Positions 37,400 to 45,403 of a stretch of 64,000 bases of DNA are shown here, piece by piece (position 1 is the first letter of the stretch; the number at the start of each line of letters is the position of its first letter). Position numbers and translations under genes: made by a program. The stretch is from Tabrizicola sp. (GTDB lineage: Bacteria; Pseudomonadota; Alphaproteobacteria; Rhodobacterales; Rhodobacteraceae). The notes beneath the pieces were generated by a model that saw only the letters and a program-made list of their open reading frames with translations, ran no database searches and was not told the origin of the DNA. The stretch lies in the NCBI RefSeq assembly GCF_965284335.1, contig NZ_OZ260076.1. The stretch is one strand, 5' to 3'.

Positions 37400-37730
37400 C
37401 CGGGCAGATGCCCCCTGCGGCGCGGCGCAAGGCCGGGCTTAAGGCCCATGGCAGGTGCAGTTTTGGCATAACAATGTTGCGACACAGATCACCTTTGTTT
37501 TCTATCCAACGGTAAAGATCCCGCGCGCCGAAAAACCCGTCAGGTGCGAGACCTTCAGGTTCTTGCGCGTGACCATGACCAACAGCGCGCGAAATAGCGG
37601 CGCCATTGCCGGATCAAAGAGACATGTGCTGGGCTAAAAAGGGAATCATATACTTCGGATAAGGCGGCTCTCCTTAGTTTAAAGTCGCTCCGAAATAATT
37701 CTTAAAATCTCTAAAGTATAGGCAGCACCC

Positions 37731-38618
37731 CTAACGCGCGCGCCGCCCCAAATGGCGCAGCTGCCAGCTGGCATGGGCAAAGATCGCCACCAGAATGACC
37801 GAGCCGCCGATCAGCGTCGCCTGCCCCGGATCCTCGCCCAAGACCCACCAGACCAAAAGCGGGCCGACCACAATCTCCAGCATGGTGATCATCGACACCT
37901 CGGGCGCGGGCAGATAGCGCGGGCCGATCTGCAACAGCCCGACACCGCCTGCCAAAATCACCCCCCCCGAGACAAGGACCAAGGCCCATTGGGTGGCGTC
38001 AAACGGCTCCATCGGGGCGATGGGCAGGGCGATCAGGCTGGTCAGCAAATAGCCGCAGGCGATGGCCACGATCAGGTTCACATCCCGCGCCTTGCGCAAG
38101 ACCACATAATAGCCCGCGATGGTCATGGCATTCAAAAAGGACAGAAAATCGCCAAAGAGCGTGCCACCCCCCAAAGACCCCGAGGCGATCATCATCACGC
38201 CGCCAAACACCGCCGCAATCGCCAGCGCCGTCGCCTTGTCGATGGTGTCGTGCAAAAAGGCCCATGAAAACAGGGCGGCCAGAAAGGGCGCTGTGGCCAA
38301 AATCAGCAGGCTGTTGGCGACCGAGGTATATTGCAACGATCCCAGAAAAAAGATCGACCCGGTGCCTTGCAACGCAATCATCGCCAAGGCGGGCCATGTC
38401 AGAAGCGACCGAAACCCGGTCCATGCTCCGCGATGGAAAAGGGCGACAAAGCCCAGCGTCGCCACCGCCGCCGAAAGCCCACGCCAGACCGCGATGGTCA
38501 TGGTATCGGCCCCGATCAACCGCACCACCAAGGCATCGGGGAAAAAGAACGCCACCCCCAGAAAGGTCACGATCAGCCCATAGGCTTGTGGATTGCGCGC
38601 GGCGAAACTGTGCATCAT
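37731..38618 (-). CDS. DMT-superfamily (EamA-like) transporter
   Basis: About 295 aa and roughly ten hydrophobic segments with a duplicated EamA-type pattern. ATG pair at 38618/38615 ('MMHSFAARN'). Confidence 0.8.
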   Translation of the reverse strand: MMHSFAARNPQAYGLIVTFLGVAFFFPDALVVRLIGADTMTIAVWRGLSAAVATLGFVALFHRGAWTGFRSLLTWPALAMIALQGTGSIFFLGSLQYTSVANSLLILATAPFLAALFSWAFLHDTIDKATALAIAAVFGGVMMIASGSLGGGTLFGDFLSFLNAMTIAGYYVVLRKARDVNLIVAIACGYLLTSLIALPIAPMEPFDATQWALVLVSGGVILAGGVGLLQIGPRYLPAPEVSMITMLEIVVGPLLVWWVLGEDPGQATLIGGSVILVAIFAHASWQLRHLGRRAR

Positions 38619-38828
38619 GGGTCCTGTGGCTCGCGGCGATAGGGTGGCGACTGATTGGGGCCTGCATAGGGGTCTCAGGGGCAAAAGACTTGGCCAAAGG
38701 CGACCCGATCAGGGCGCGATTGGGCCGCAGCGCCCCATATCCCGCGCAATTTCCCCCCAGCCCAAAGCGCAAGCGCGCCACCGCGCTCCCCCTTGCAGCC
38801 CCGCCAAAACCGCCCTATATCGGGCGTC

Positions 38829-38922
38829 GAGAGGTTGGCGCGGGCAGGTGCCTCGCCAACCCGGTCAGGTCCGGAAGGAAGCAGCCGTAACGAGCCCCAC
38901 TTGGGTCGTTGTCCAGCCTCTC
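38829..38922 (+). ncRNA. ffs: signal recognition particle RNA (4.5S/SRP RNA, small bacterial type)
   Basis: Contains the universally conserved domain IV sequence GGUCAGGUCCGGAAGGAAGCAGCC. The 5' GAGAGGUUGG pairs with the 3' CCAGCCUCUC, closing a hairpin of about 94 nt. Confidence 0.85.
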
Positions 38923-38995
38923 ACCCTTTCCCCCGCTTTCGCTGAATGTGTCGCCCCTTGGGGCCGCCAGTGCGAATGCGCGCGAAAGCCACAGC

Positions 38996-40054
38996 TTACG
39001 CGCCCCAAGTCCGCTCCAGCACCGCAAACCAGTTCTCATGCGCGATCTTGCGCAACAGCGCCTCGCCATAGCCATGGGCGCGCATCGCCTCCAAAAGCGC
39101 CTGCTGGCCGACGACATCGCCAATCCCCTGCGGCACTGTCGCTCCGTCGAAATCCGACCCCAGCCCGACATGATCCTCGCCCAAAATCGAGATCAGGTGG
39201 TCCATATGCGCCAGCACATCCTCCCAGCCCATCTCGGGCGATTGCCGCCCATCGCGGCGCAGGAACGAGGTGGCATAGTTCAGCCCGACCATGCCGCCGC
39301 TGTCGCGAATGGCGGCCAATTGCCGGTCGGTCAGGTTGCGGGTTGAGGGGGTCACGGCATGGGCGTTGGAATGGGTGGCGACCAGTGGCGCATTCGAAAG
39401 CCGTGCCACATCCCAAAACCCCGCCTCATTGAGGTGGCTCAGATCCAGCATGATCAGCAGCCGGTTGCATTCGGTGACCAGCCGTTTGCCCGCCTCCGTC
39501 AGCCCCGGCCCGGTATCGGGCGAACCCGGAAAGGCAAAGGGCACGCCATGGCCAAAGACCGTGGGCCGCGACCAGACCGGGCCGATTGAACGCAACCCCA
39601 TGCCATGAAACACATGCAGCGCATCCAGCCCCGGATCAATCGCCTCGGCCCCCTCCATATGCAGGATGCCCGAGATCACGCCTTTGGCCAGACAGGCGCG
39701 CAACTCCGCCGCCGTGGTGCAGACCTTGAACCGCCCGCCCGCGGCGCGCTCCATCCACATCAGATGGCCCGCCTTGGCCAGCGCAATGGGCTGGGCGGTC
39801 TCATGGTCGATGCGCGACGGCAAAGGCAGCGCGAAGGGCGGGTTTTCCATCGCGGCCATGTAATCGGGGGCGTCCTCATCGGGGGGTGAGGGGATGTAGA
39901 TCGCAAAGAACCCGCCCGCAAAACCGCCCTTCTTCATGCGCGGCAGGTCCAGATGGCCCTCGCGCCCCTCGGACAGCCACAGCGTCTCGCGCTGGTCGGG
40001 ATGGTCCAGCAGGCGCAGAAGAAAGTCGTTGTGGCCGTCAAAAACCGGGATCAT
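38996..40054 (-). CDS. membrane dipeptidase (peptidase family M19)
   Basis: 'IPVFDGHNDFLLRL', 'GGFFAIYIP', 'ILHMEGAE', 'VATHSNAHA', 'VGLGSDFDG'. Confidence 0.9.
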   Translation of the reverse strand: MIPVFDGHNDFLLRLLDHPDQRETLWLSEGREGHLDLPRMKKGGFAGGFFAIYIPSPPDEDAPDYMAAMENPPFALPLPSRIDHETAQPIALAKAGHLMWMERAAGGRFKVCTTAAELRACLAKGVISGILHMEGAEAIDPGLDALHVFHGMGLRSIGPVWSRPTVFGHGVPFAFPGSPDTGPGLTEAGKRLVTECNRLLIMLDLSHLNEAGFWDVARLSNAPLVATHSNAHAVTPSTRNLTDRQLAAIRDSGGMVGLNYATSFLRRDGRQSPEMGWEDVLAHMDHLISILGEDHVGLGSDFDGATVPQGIGDVVGQQALLEAMRAHGYGEALLRKIAHENWFAVLERTWGA

Positions 40055-40150
40055 GGCAGGTCCTTTTCCTTGCGCCGCCGTTGTGGCCAAAGCTGGCGTC
40101 AGGGCGGGGCGGGTGTCAATATCAGGGCCGATCAGCGCGACATCGGCGGG

Positions 40151-41161
40151 CTAAAACCCAGCCAGAACAGCCGCAAGGTTCGCCCCCAACTCGGGGCAGA
40201 GATAGCCCCCTTCCTGCACGATCAGCGTGGGCAACCCGAGCCCCGCCACCGCCCGGCCAATGCGGCCAAAGCCTGGTGTGGTGACGGCAAGACCCGCAAA
40301 CGGGTCGCCCTCAAAGGCATCAAGGCCCAATGCCAGCACCAACGTATCGGCCCCGAAATCGGCCACCGCCTGCATGCCTTTGTCCAAGGCCACCATGAAC
40401 CCCTCATCGCCGGTGCCGCGCTCGAGGCACAGGTTCAGATTGGCGCCCAGCCCCGCGCCCGTCCCCCGCTCTTCGGGGTAGCCCCAGAAGAACGGGTAAT
40501 AGCGTTCGGGATGGGCGTGGATCGACACGGTCAGCACATCCGCCCGGTCATAGAAAATGCCCTGCGTGCCGTTGCCGTGGTGCAGGTCCACATCCAGAAT
40601 GGCCACCTTTCGGCCCGCATCGGTCAGCCTTTGTGCCGCGATGGCGGAATTGTTCAGATAGCAGAACCCGCCTGCCAACTCGCCAAAGGCATGATGCCCC
40701 GGCGGACGGCACAGCGCATAGACCGCGCGCTGCGCCGCCAGAAGATCGGCCCCATGGATCGCCGTCTGCGCGCTGGCATAGGCCGCGCCCCAAGTCTGGG
40801 CTGAGATCGGGCAAGAGGTGTCGGTCTGGTGAAACCCGGCTTGGCCCACGGCCGACAGTGGATAGCCATCGGTCCGGTTGGCGGGGTGGATATTCGGGAT
40901 CACCTCGGCACTGGCCCCAGGGATGCGGCTCCAGCGGCTGTGGATCGTCTGCAGGAAGGTGACATAGCGCTGCGGATGCACCCGCAGGATCGGCGCCATC
41001 CCCGCATCGGGCGGGACCACCACCGGCCCGCCCAAATCCCGCACCGCGCCCAAGAGCGCCTCTATCCGCGCGGGTTTTTCCGGGCAGGGCTGCGGCGCGC
41101 CCGAAGAGAGAAAGAACTGCGGGTCATGCGCCCGCTGGGCCTCGTCAAAGACTGTGATCAT
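40151..41161 (-). CDS. histone-deacetylase-family amidohydrolase (acetylpolyamine/acetoin-utilisation type)
   Basis: 'RPPGHHA', 'GFCYLNN', 'ILDVDLHHGNGTQ', 'LGLDAFEGDP'. 4-nt overlap with the upstream GNAT gene. Confidence 0.85.
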   Translation of the reverse strand: MITVFDEAQRAHDPQFFLSSGAPQPCPEKPARIEALLGAVRDLGGPVVVPPDAGMAPILRVHPQRYVTFLQTIHSRWSRIPGASAEVIPNIHPANRTDGYPLSAVGQAGFHQTDTSCPISAQTWGAAYASAQTAIHGADLLAAQRAVYALCRPPGHHAFGELAGGFCYLNNSAIAAQRLTDAGRKVAILDVDLHHGNGTQGIFYDRADVLTVSIHAHPERYYPFFWGYPEERGTGAGLGANLNLCLERGTGDEGFMVALDKGMQAVADFGADTLVLALGLDAFEGDPFAGLAVTTPGFGRIGRAVAGLGLPTLIVQEGGYLCPELGANLAAVLAGF

Positions 41162-41625
41162 CCGCGCCTCAGGGCCTTCAGACCCTCTCCTTCCAGAATA
41201 AGCTGATCCGCGTCATCGCGCAGGCCAAAGCCCAGCGCCTCATAAAACCCCCGCGCCCCCGCATTGGGATGCGCCACCATCAGCGTCAGGAACTCAGGGC
41301 CCCAATCGGCATGGGCCATCGCCCCGGCCAACAACTGCCGCCCAAGGCCAAGCCCCCGCCCCTCGGGCGCGACATAGACATCCTGCACGAAAAGCCCCAT
41401 CTCGCCGCGCCAAGTGGAGTATTCGGGGAAATACAAAACCATCCCCAAAGGCCCCGCCGCACCCTCGGCCATCAGCCCGAAAAAGCGCGGGGTCGGCCCA
41501 AAACCATGGGCCAAAAGACTGGCCTCGGTCGAGCCCACCTCCTCGCCCGCCTCCGCCGCCATGGCCTGCAAGAACCGCAGGATCACCGGCACGTCTTGGG
41601 CGGTCGCGGGGCGCAAGACCGTCAA
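41158..41625 (-). CDS. GNAT-family N-acetyltransferase
   Basis: '[17 protein letters not shown]' acetyl-CoA motif. TTG start overlapping the BKACE stop. Confidence 0.75.
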   Translation of the reverse strand: MTVLRPATAQDVPVILRFLQAMAAEAGEEVGSTEASLLAHGFGPTPRFFGLMAEGAAGPLGMVLYFPEYSTWRGEMGLFVQDVYVAPEGRGLGLGRQLLAGAMAHADWGPEFLTLMVAHPNAGARGFYEALGFGLRDDADQLILEGEGLKALRRG

Positions 41626-42545
41626 AACGCCACCTCGCCCGCGCCCTTCAACCCCAGCATCGCCCGCGCCTCGGCGGGGCTTGCCACCACGCGCCCCATC
41701 CCTTCGACAATGTCGCGAATTTGCGCCACCTGCTCGGCATTGGACCGCGCCAGCACGCCTTTCGAGAGGTAAAGATTATCCTCCAGCCCCACCCGCACAT
41801 GGCCCCCCATGGCCGCCGCCATGCTGGCCATCGGAATCTGCTGCCGCCCTGCGGCCAGCACGGAAAAGAGATACTGATCGCCAAAGAGCCGATCCGCCGT
41901 GCGTTTCAAAAGCACCAGCATATCCGGCTCCGCCGCCATGCCGCCCAAGACGCCAAAAACGAACTGGATATAGAAAGGCCCCGTCACAGCCCCACGGTCG
42001 ACAAAGTGCTTGAGCATGTAAAGATGGCTCATGTCATAACACTCAAACTCGAACCGCGCCCCCCGCGCGCCCATCTCGGCCAAGACATGGGCTATGTCGC
42101 GCGGCGTGTTCTTGAACACCAAATCATCGGTGCCTTCCAGAAAGGGCTTTTCCCAATCATGCTTCCACTCGGTGATCCGCGCCGCCATCGGATAAAGCGC
42201 GAAATTCATCGTGCCCATGTTCAGACTGCACATCTCGGGCCGGAACTGCTTGGGCGCCTCGAGCCGCGCCTCGAGCGTCATCACCGCAGAGCCGCCGGTG
42301 GTCATATTCACCACCGCATCGCAGCCCGCCTTGATCGCCGGCAGAAACCCCGCCCAATGGTCAGGATGGGCCGAGGGGCGGCCATTGGCCGGATCGCGGG
42401 CATGCAGATGCAGGATCGTGGCCCCCGCCTCAGCCGCGCCGATGGCTTGGGCGGCGATCTCGGCCCCGGTGATGGGCAGATAGGGGGACATGCTGGGCGT
42501 GTGGATTGACCCGGTGATGGCGCAGGAGAGGATGATTTTCGACAT
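41622..42545 (-). CDS. beta-keto acid cleavage enzyme (BKACE / 3-keto-5-aminohexanoate cleavage family, DUF849)
   Basis: 'MSKIILSCAITGSIHTPSMSPYLPITGAEIAAQAIGAAEAGATILHLHARDP' is a typical BKACE N-terminus. ATG at 42545. Confidence 0.8.
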   Translation of the reverse strand: MSKIILSCAITGSIHTPSMSPYLPITGAEIAAQAIGAAEAGATILHLHARDPANGRPSAHPDHWAGFLPAIKAGCDAVVNMTTGGSAVMTLEARLEAPKQFRPEMCSLNMGTMNFALYPMAARITEWKHDWEKPFLEGTDDLVFKNTPRDIAHVLAEMGARGARFEFECYDMSHLYMLKHFVDRGAVTGPFYIQFVFGVLGGMAAEPDMLVLLKRTADRLFGDQYLFSVLAAGRQQIPMASMAAAMGGHVRVGLEDNLYLSKGVLARSNAEQVAQIRDIVEGMGRVVASPAEARAMLGLKGAGEVAF

Positions 42546-42585
42546 GGGGGGCAGATTGGCGAAGCCCGCAGGGCTGCGCAAGCCC

Positions 42586-42645
42586 CTCCTCGTTTGGCTG
42601 CGCCTTCTCGTCAAAGCCGCGACGAGCGGCGCAGCCGACGAGGAG
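42586..42645. repeat. long imperfect hairpin / family-C-like GC-rich element between the TetR and BKACE genes
   Basis: CTCCTCGT..GGCTGCGCC..CTCGTC - AAAGCCGC - GACGAG..GGCGCAGCC..ACGAGGAG (8+9+6 bp stems). Confidence 0.7.
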
Positions 42646-42667
42646 CACGGGCAGCAAGGAGCCGCCA

Positions 42668-43255
42668 TCAGAACGCGCCGATATGCGGCCCCAAAAGCGC
42701 CTCGACCGCCGCGCGCGCCTGATCGGGCTGCATCCGATCCGGCGCGATACACATCTCCACCCAAAGCCCATCCAAAAGCGCAATCAGGCTGGTGCTAAGT
42801 GCTGCGGCATCCACCTGCACCCTGTCACCCGCAGCTGCCGAAATCGCACCCGCAATCGCCGCGTGATAGCGGTCATACTGGCGCAGATGTTCGGCCCGAA
42901 GCGCGGGGTTCACCGCAATCTCGGCCCAAAGTGCCAGCCAAATGTTCAACCCCTCGCGCCGGAATTGCCGATCTGACAGCAACTCATCGATCAACTGCCG
43001 CAAGGGCGGCGCGGCCCCTTCCGCCGCAATCACCTGCAACAAAGGCGCATAGGCCGCGCCATAGCAGGCCGCCAAAAGCCCGTCTTTCCCGCCAAAGTGA
43101 TGCCCGATCAGCCCACGCGAGGCCCCTGACACTTTGCAGATATTGTCGATGGTAAAGGCGGTGATCCCGCCCTTGGCCAGCACGCGCAACCCCGCCTCCA
43201 CCAGCTCGGCCGCGCGGGCCTCGGGCGTCAACCTTTTGTACTTCGGCGCGGTCAT
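42668..43255 (-). CDS. TetR-family transcriptional regulator
   Basis: 'AAELVEAGLRVLAKGGITAFTIDNICKVSGASRGLIGHHFGGKDGLL' HTH. Divergent from the TMADH-like gene. Confidence 0.85.
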   Translation of the reverse strand: MTAPKYKRLTPEARAAELVEAGLRVLAKGGITAFTIDNICKVSGASRGLIGHHFGGKDGLLAACYGAAYAPLLQVIAAEGAAPPLRQLIDELLSDRQFRREGLNIWLALWAEIAVNPALRAEHLRQYDRYHAAIAGAISAAAGDRVQVDAAALSTSLIALLDGLWVEMCIAPDRMQPDQARAAVEALLGPHIGAF

Positions 43256-43363
43256 ACTGCGCTCATGGGGCGGCCCCTTGTTGAACGGCCAAAGCCGGGT
43301 TTCTTGTTGAACGATCATACAACATGGCTAGGCTTTGGCAAAGATATCCCGCAAAGGCCACCC

Positions 43364-45403
43364 ATGACCGCCCAAATGGACCCCAAAATGGACCCCCGCC
43401 ACGCCATCTTGTTTGAGCCCGTCCGCATCGGCCCGGTCACCGCCCCCAATCGGTTTTACCAAACCCCGCATGCCACCGGCTTTGGCTGGCAGCGCCCACA
43501 ATCGGGTGCGGCCCTGCGCGGGATCAAGGCCGAGGGTGGCTGGGGCGTGGTCTGCACCGAATATTGCTCGATCCACCCCTCCTCTGACGACAGCCCCTAT
43601 GCCTTCCTCACGCTCTGGGACGATGATGACATCGCCCCCCTCGCGGCCACCGCAGACGCCATCCACGCCCATGGATCGCTTGCAGGGATCGAGCTTTGGC
43701 ACGGCGGCTTTCACGCCTCCAACCGCATGACGCGCGTGCCGGGCATCGGCCCACAGGTGCAACCGGCCATGTATCACCTGCCCACCACTGCCCGCGCCAT
43801 GGACAAATCCGACATCCGCGCCTTCCGCACCTGGCAGCGCGACGCGGCCAAACGCGCCAAACAGGCGGGCTTTGACATCGTCTATGTCTATGCGGGCCAC
43901 GACTACCTGCCCTTCCAGTTCCTCTCGCGCCGTACCAACACGCGCGGCGACGCCTATGGCGGCCCCCTGGAAAACCGCGCGCGGCTGCTGCGCGAAATGC
44001 TCGAGGACACGCGGGATGCCGTGGGCGACACCTGCGCCGTTGCGATCCGGCTGGCGGTGGATGAGCTTCACGGGCCAAACGGCATCTGCGCCGAGGCCGA
44101 GGGCCGTGATGTGGTCGCCATGCTGGCCGAACTGCCCGACCTTTGGGATGTGAACGTGGCGGGCGCCTTGGGCAATGACAGCAAATCCGCCCGCTTTTCG
44201 GCCGAGGGCTTTCAGGAAGACTACATCCGCTTTGTCAAAACCCTCACCACCAAACCCGTGGTCTCGGTCGGCCGCTTCACCTCGCCCGACCGGATGGTCG
44301 AACAGATCAAAAAAGGCGTGCAAGACTTCATCGGCGCCGCCCGCCCCTCTATCGCCGACCCGTTCCTGCCGCAGAAAATCCGGCAGGGGCGCACGGAAGA
44401 AATCCGCGAATGTATCGGCTGCAACATCTGCCGCGCGGCCAATAACGAAGGCGTCCCGCTGCGCTGCACGCAAAACCCCACCATGGGCGAGGAATGGCGG
44501 CGCGGCTGGCACCCCGAACGCATCGCGCCCTATCCCAGGCGCGAAAGCGCGCTGGTCGTCGGTGCCGGTCCTGCGGGGCTTGAGGCCGCGCTGACACTCG
44601 CCCGCCGCGGGCTTGAGGTGACGCTGGCCGAGGCCAGCCGCACCCTTGGCGGCCGGGTCTCGCGCGAAGCCACCCTGCCGGGGCTTGCCACATGGGGCCG
44701 AGTGCGCGACTGGCGGCTCACCATGCTGGAAAAACAGCCCAATGTGCAGATCTTCCGCGAAAGCCCGCTGACGGCGGATGACATCACCGATCTCAACCCC
44801 GACCATCTGGTGCTGGCCACCGGGTCACGCTGGCGGCGCGACGGGGTCGGCGTGGTGGGGATGGAGCCCCTGAACTTTCCCAAGGCCCTGACGCCAGACG
44901 ATGTTTTCGCCGCCACCCCCACCCCCGGCCCGGTGGTGATCTACGACGATGAACACTACTTCATGGCCGGTGCCTTGGCCGAAAAACTCGCCCGCGAGGG
45001 CCATGCGGTGACGCTGGTCACCCCCTATCCGCAGGTCTCGGGCTGGACGGTCTACACCGACGAACAGGGCTTTGTCCAAGACCGCCTGATGCGGCTCGGC
45101 GTCACGCTGGTCACCCAACATATGCTGACGCACCAAGGCGAGGGCCAGGCCACCATCGCCTGCGCCACCACCGGCGCAGCGCGCGACATCGCCTGCCAAA
45201 GCCTGATCCTCGTGACCGGCCGCCTGCCCGTGGATGACCTCTGGCAAAGCCTCCACAGCCGCCCCAACACCGCCCGCGTGGGCGATTGCCTCGCCCCCTC
45301 CTCCATCGCCGATGCGGTCTATTCCGCCCACCGCTATGCCCGGCTTTTGGGCGAGCCTGACTTGCCACCGCGCCTCGAGCGGCCCAACCACAGGAATGCG
45401 TGA
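43364..45403 (+). CDS. trimethylamine/dimethylamine/histamine-dehydrogenase-family FMN + 4Fe-4S + ADP-binding flavoprotein
   Basis: 'ILFEPVRIGPVTAPNRFYQTPHATGFG', 'KAEGGWG..TEYCSI', 'FDIVYVYAGHDYLPFQFLS', 'ARPSIADPFLPQKI', Fe-S 'CIGCNICR..(11 aa)..C', 'VVGAGPAGLEAA'. Confidence 0.85.
   Translation: MTAQMDPKMDPRHAILFEPVRIGPVTAPNRFYQTPHATGFGWQRPQSGAALRGIKAEGGWGVVCTEYCSIHPSSDDSPYAFLTLWDDDDIAPLAATADAIHAHGSLAGIELWHGGFHASNRMTRVPGIGPQVQPAMYHLPTTARAMDKSDIRAFRTWQRDAAKRAKQAGFDIVYVYAGHDYLPFQFLSRRTNTRGDAYGGPLENRARLLREMLEDTRDAVGDTCAVAIRLAVDELHGPNGICAEAEGRDVVAMLAELPDLWDVNVAGALGNDSKSARFSAEGFQEDYIRFVKTLTTKPVVSVGRFTSPDRMVEQIKKGVQDFIGAARPSIADPFLPQKIRQGRTEEIRECIGCNICRAANNEGVPLRCTQNPTMGEEWRRGWHPERIAPYPRRESALVVGAGPAGLEAALTLARRGLEVTLAEASRTLGGRVSREATLPGLATWGRVRDWRLTMLEKQPNVQIFRESPLTADDITDLNPDHLVLATGSRWRRDGVGVVGMEPLNFPKALTPDDVFAATPTPGPVVIYDDEHYFMAGALAEKLAREGHAVTLVTPYPQVSGWTVYTDEQGFVQDRLMRLGVTLVTQHMLTHQGEGQATIACATTGAARDIACQSLILVTGRLPVDDLWQSLHSRPNTARVGDCLAPSSIADAVYSAHRYARLLGEPDLPPRLERPNHRNA

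Noticed and set aside
37455-37637. A 60-aa plus-strand ORF at the island border.
   Set aside because: There is no RBS, the composition is unremarkable, and it overlaps a more gene-like minus-strand fragment. It is probably non-coding.
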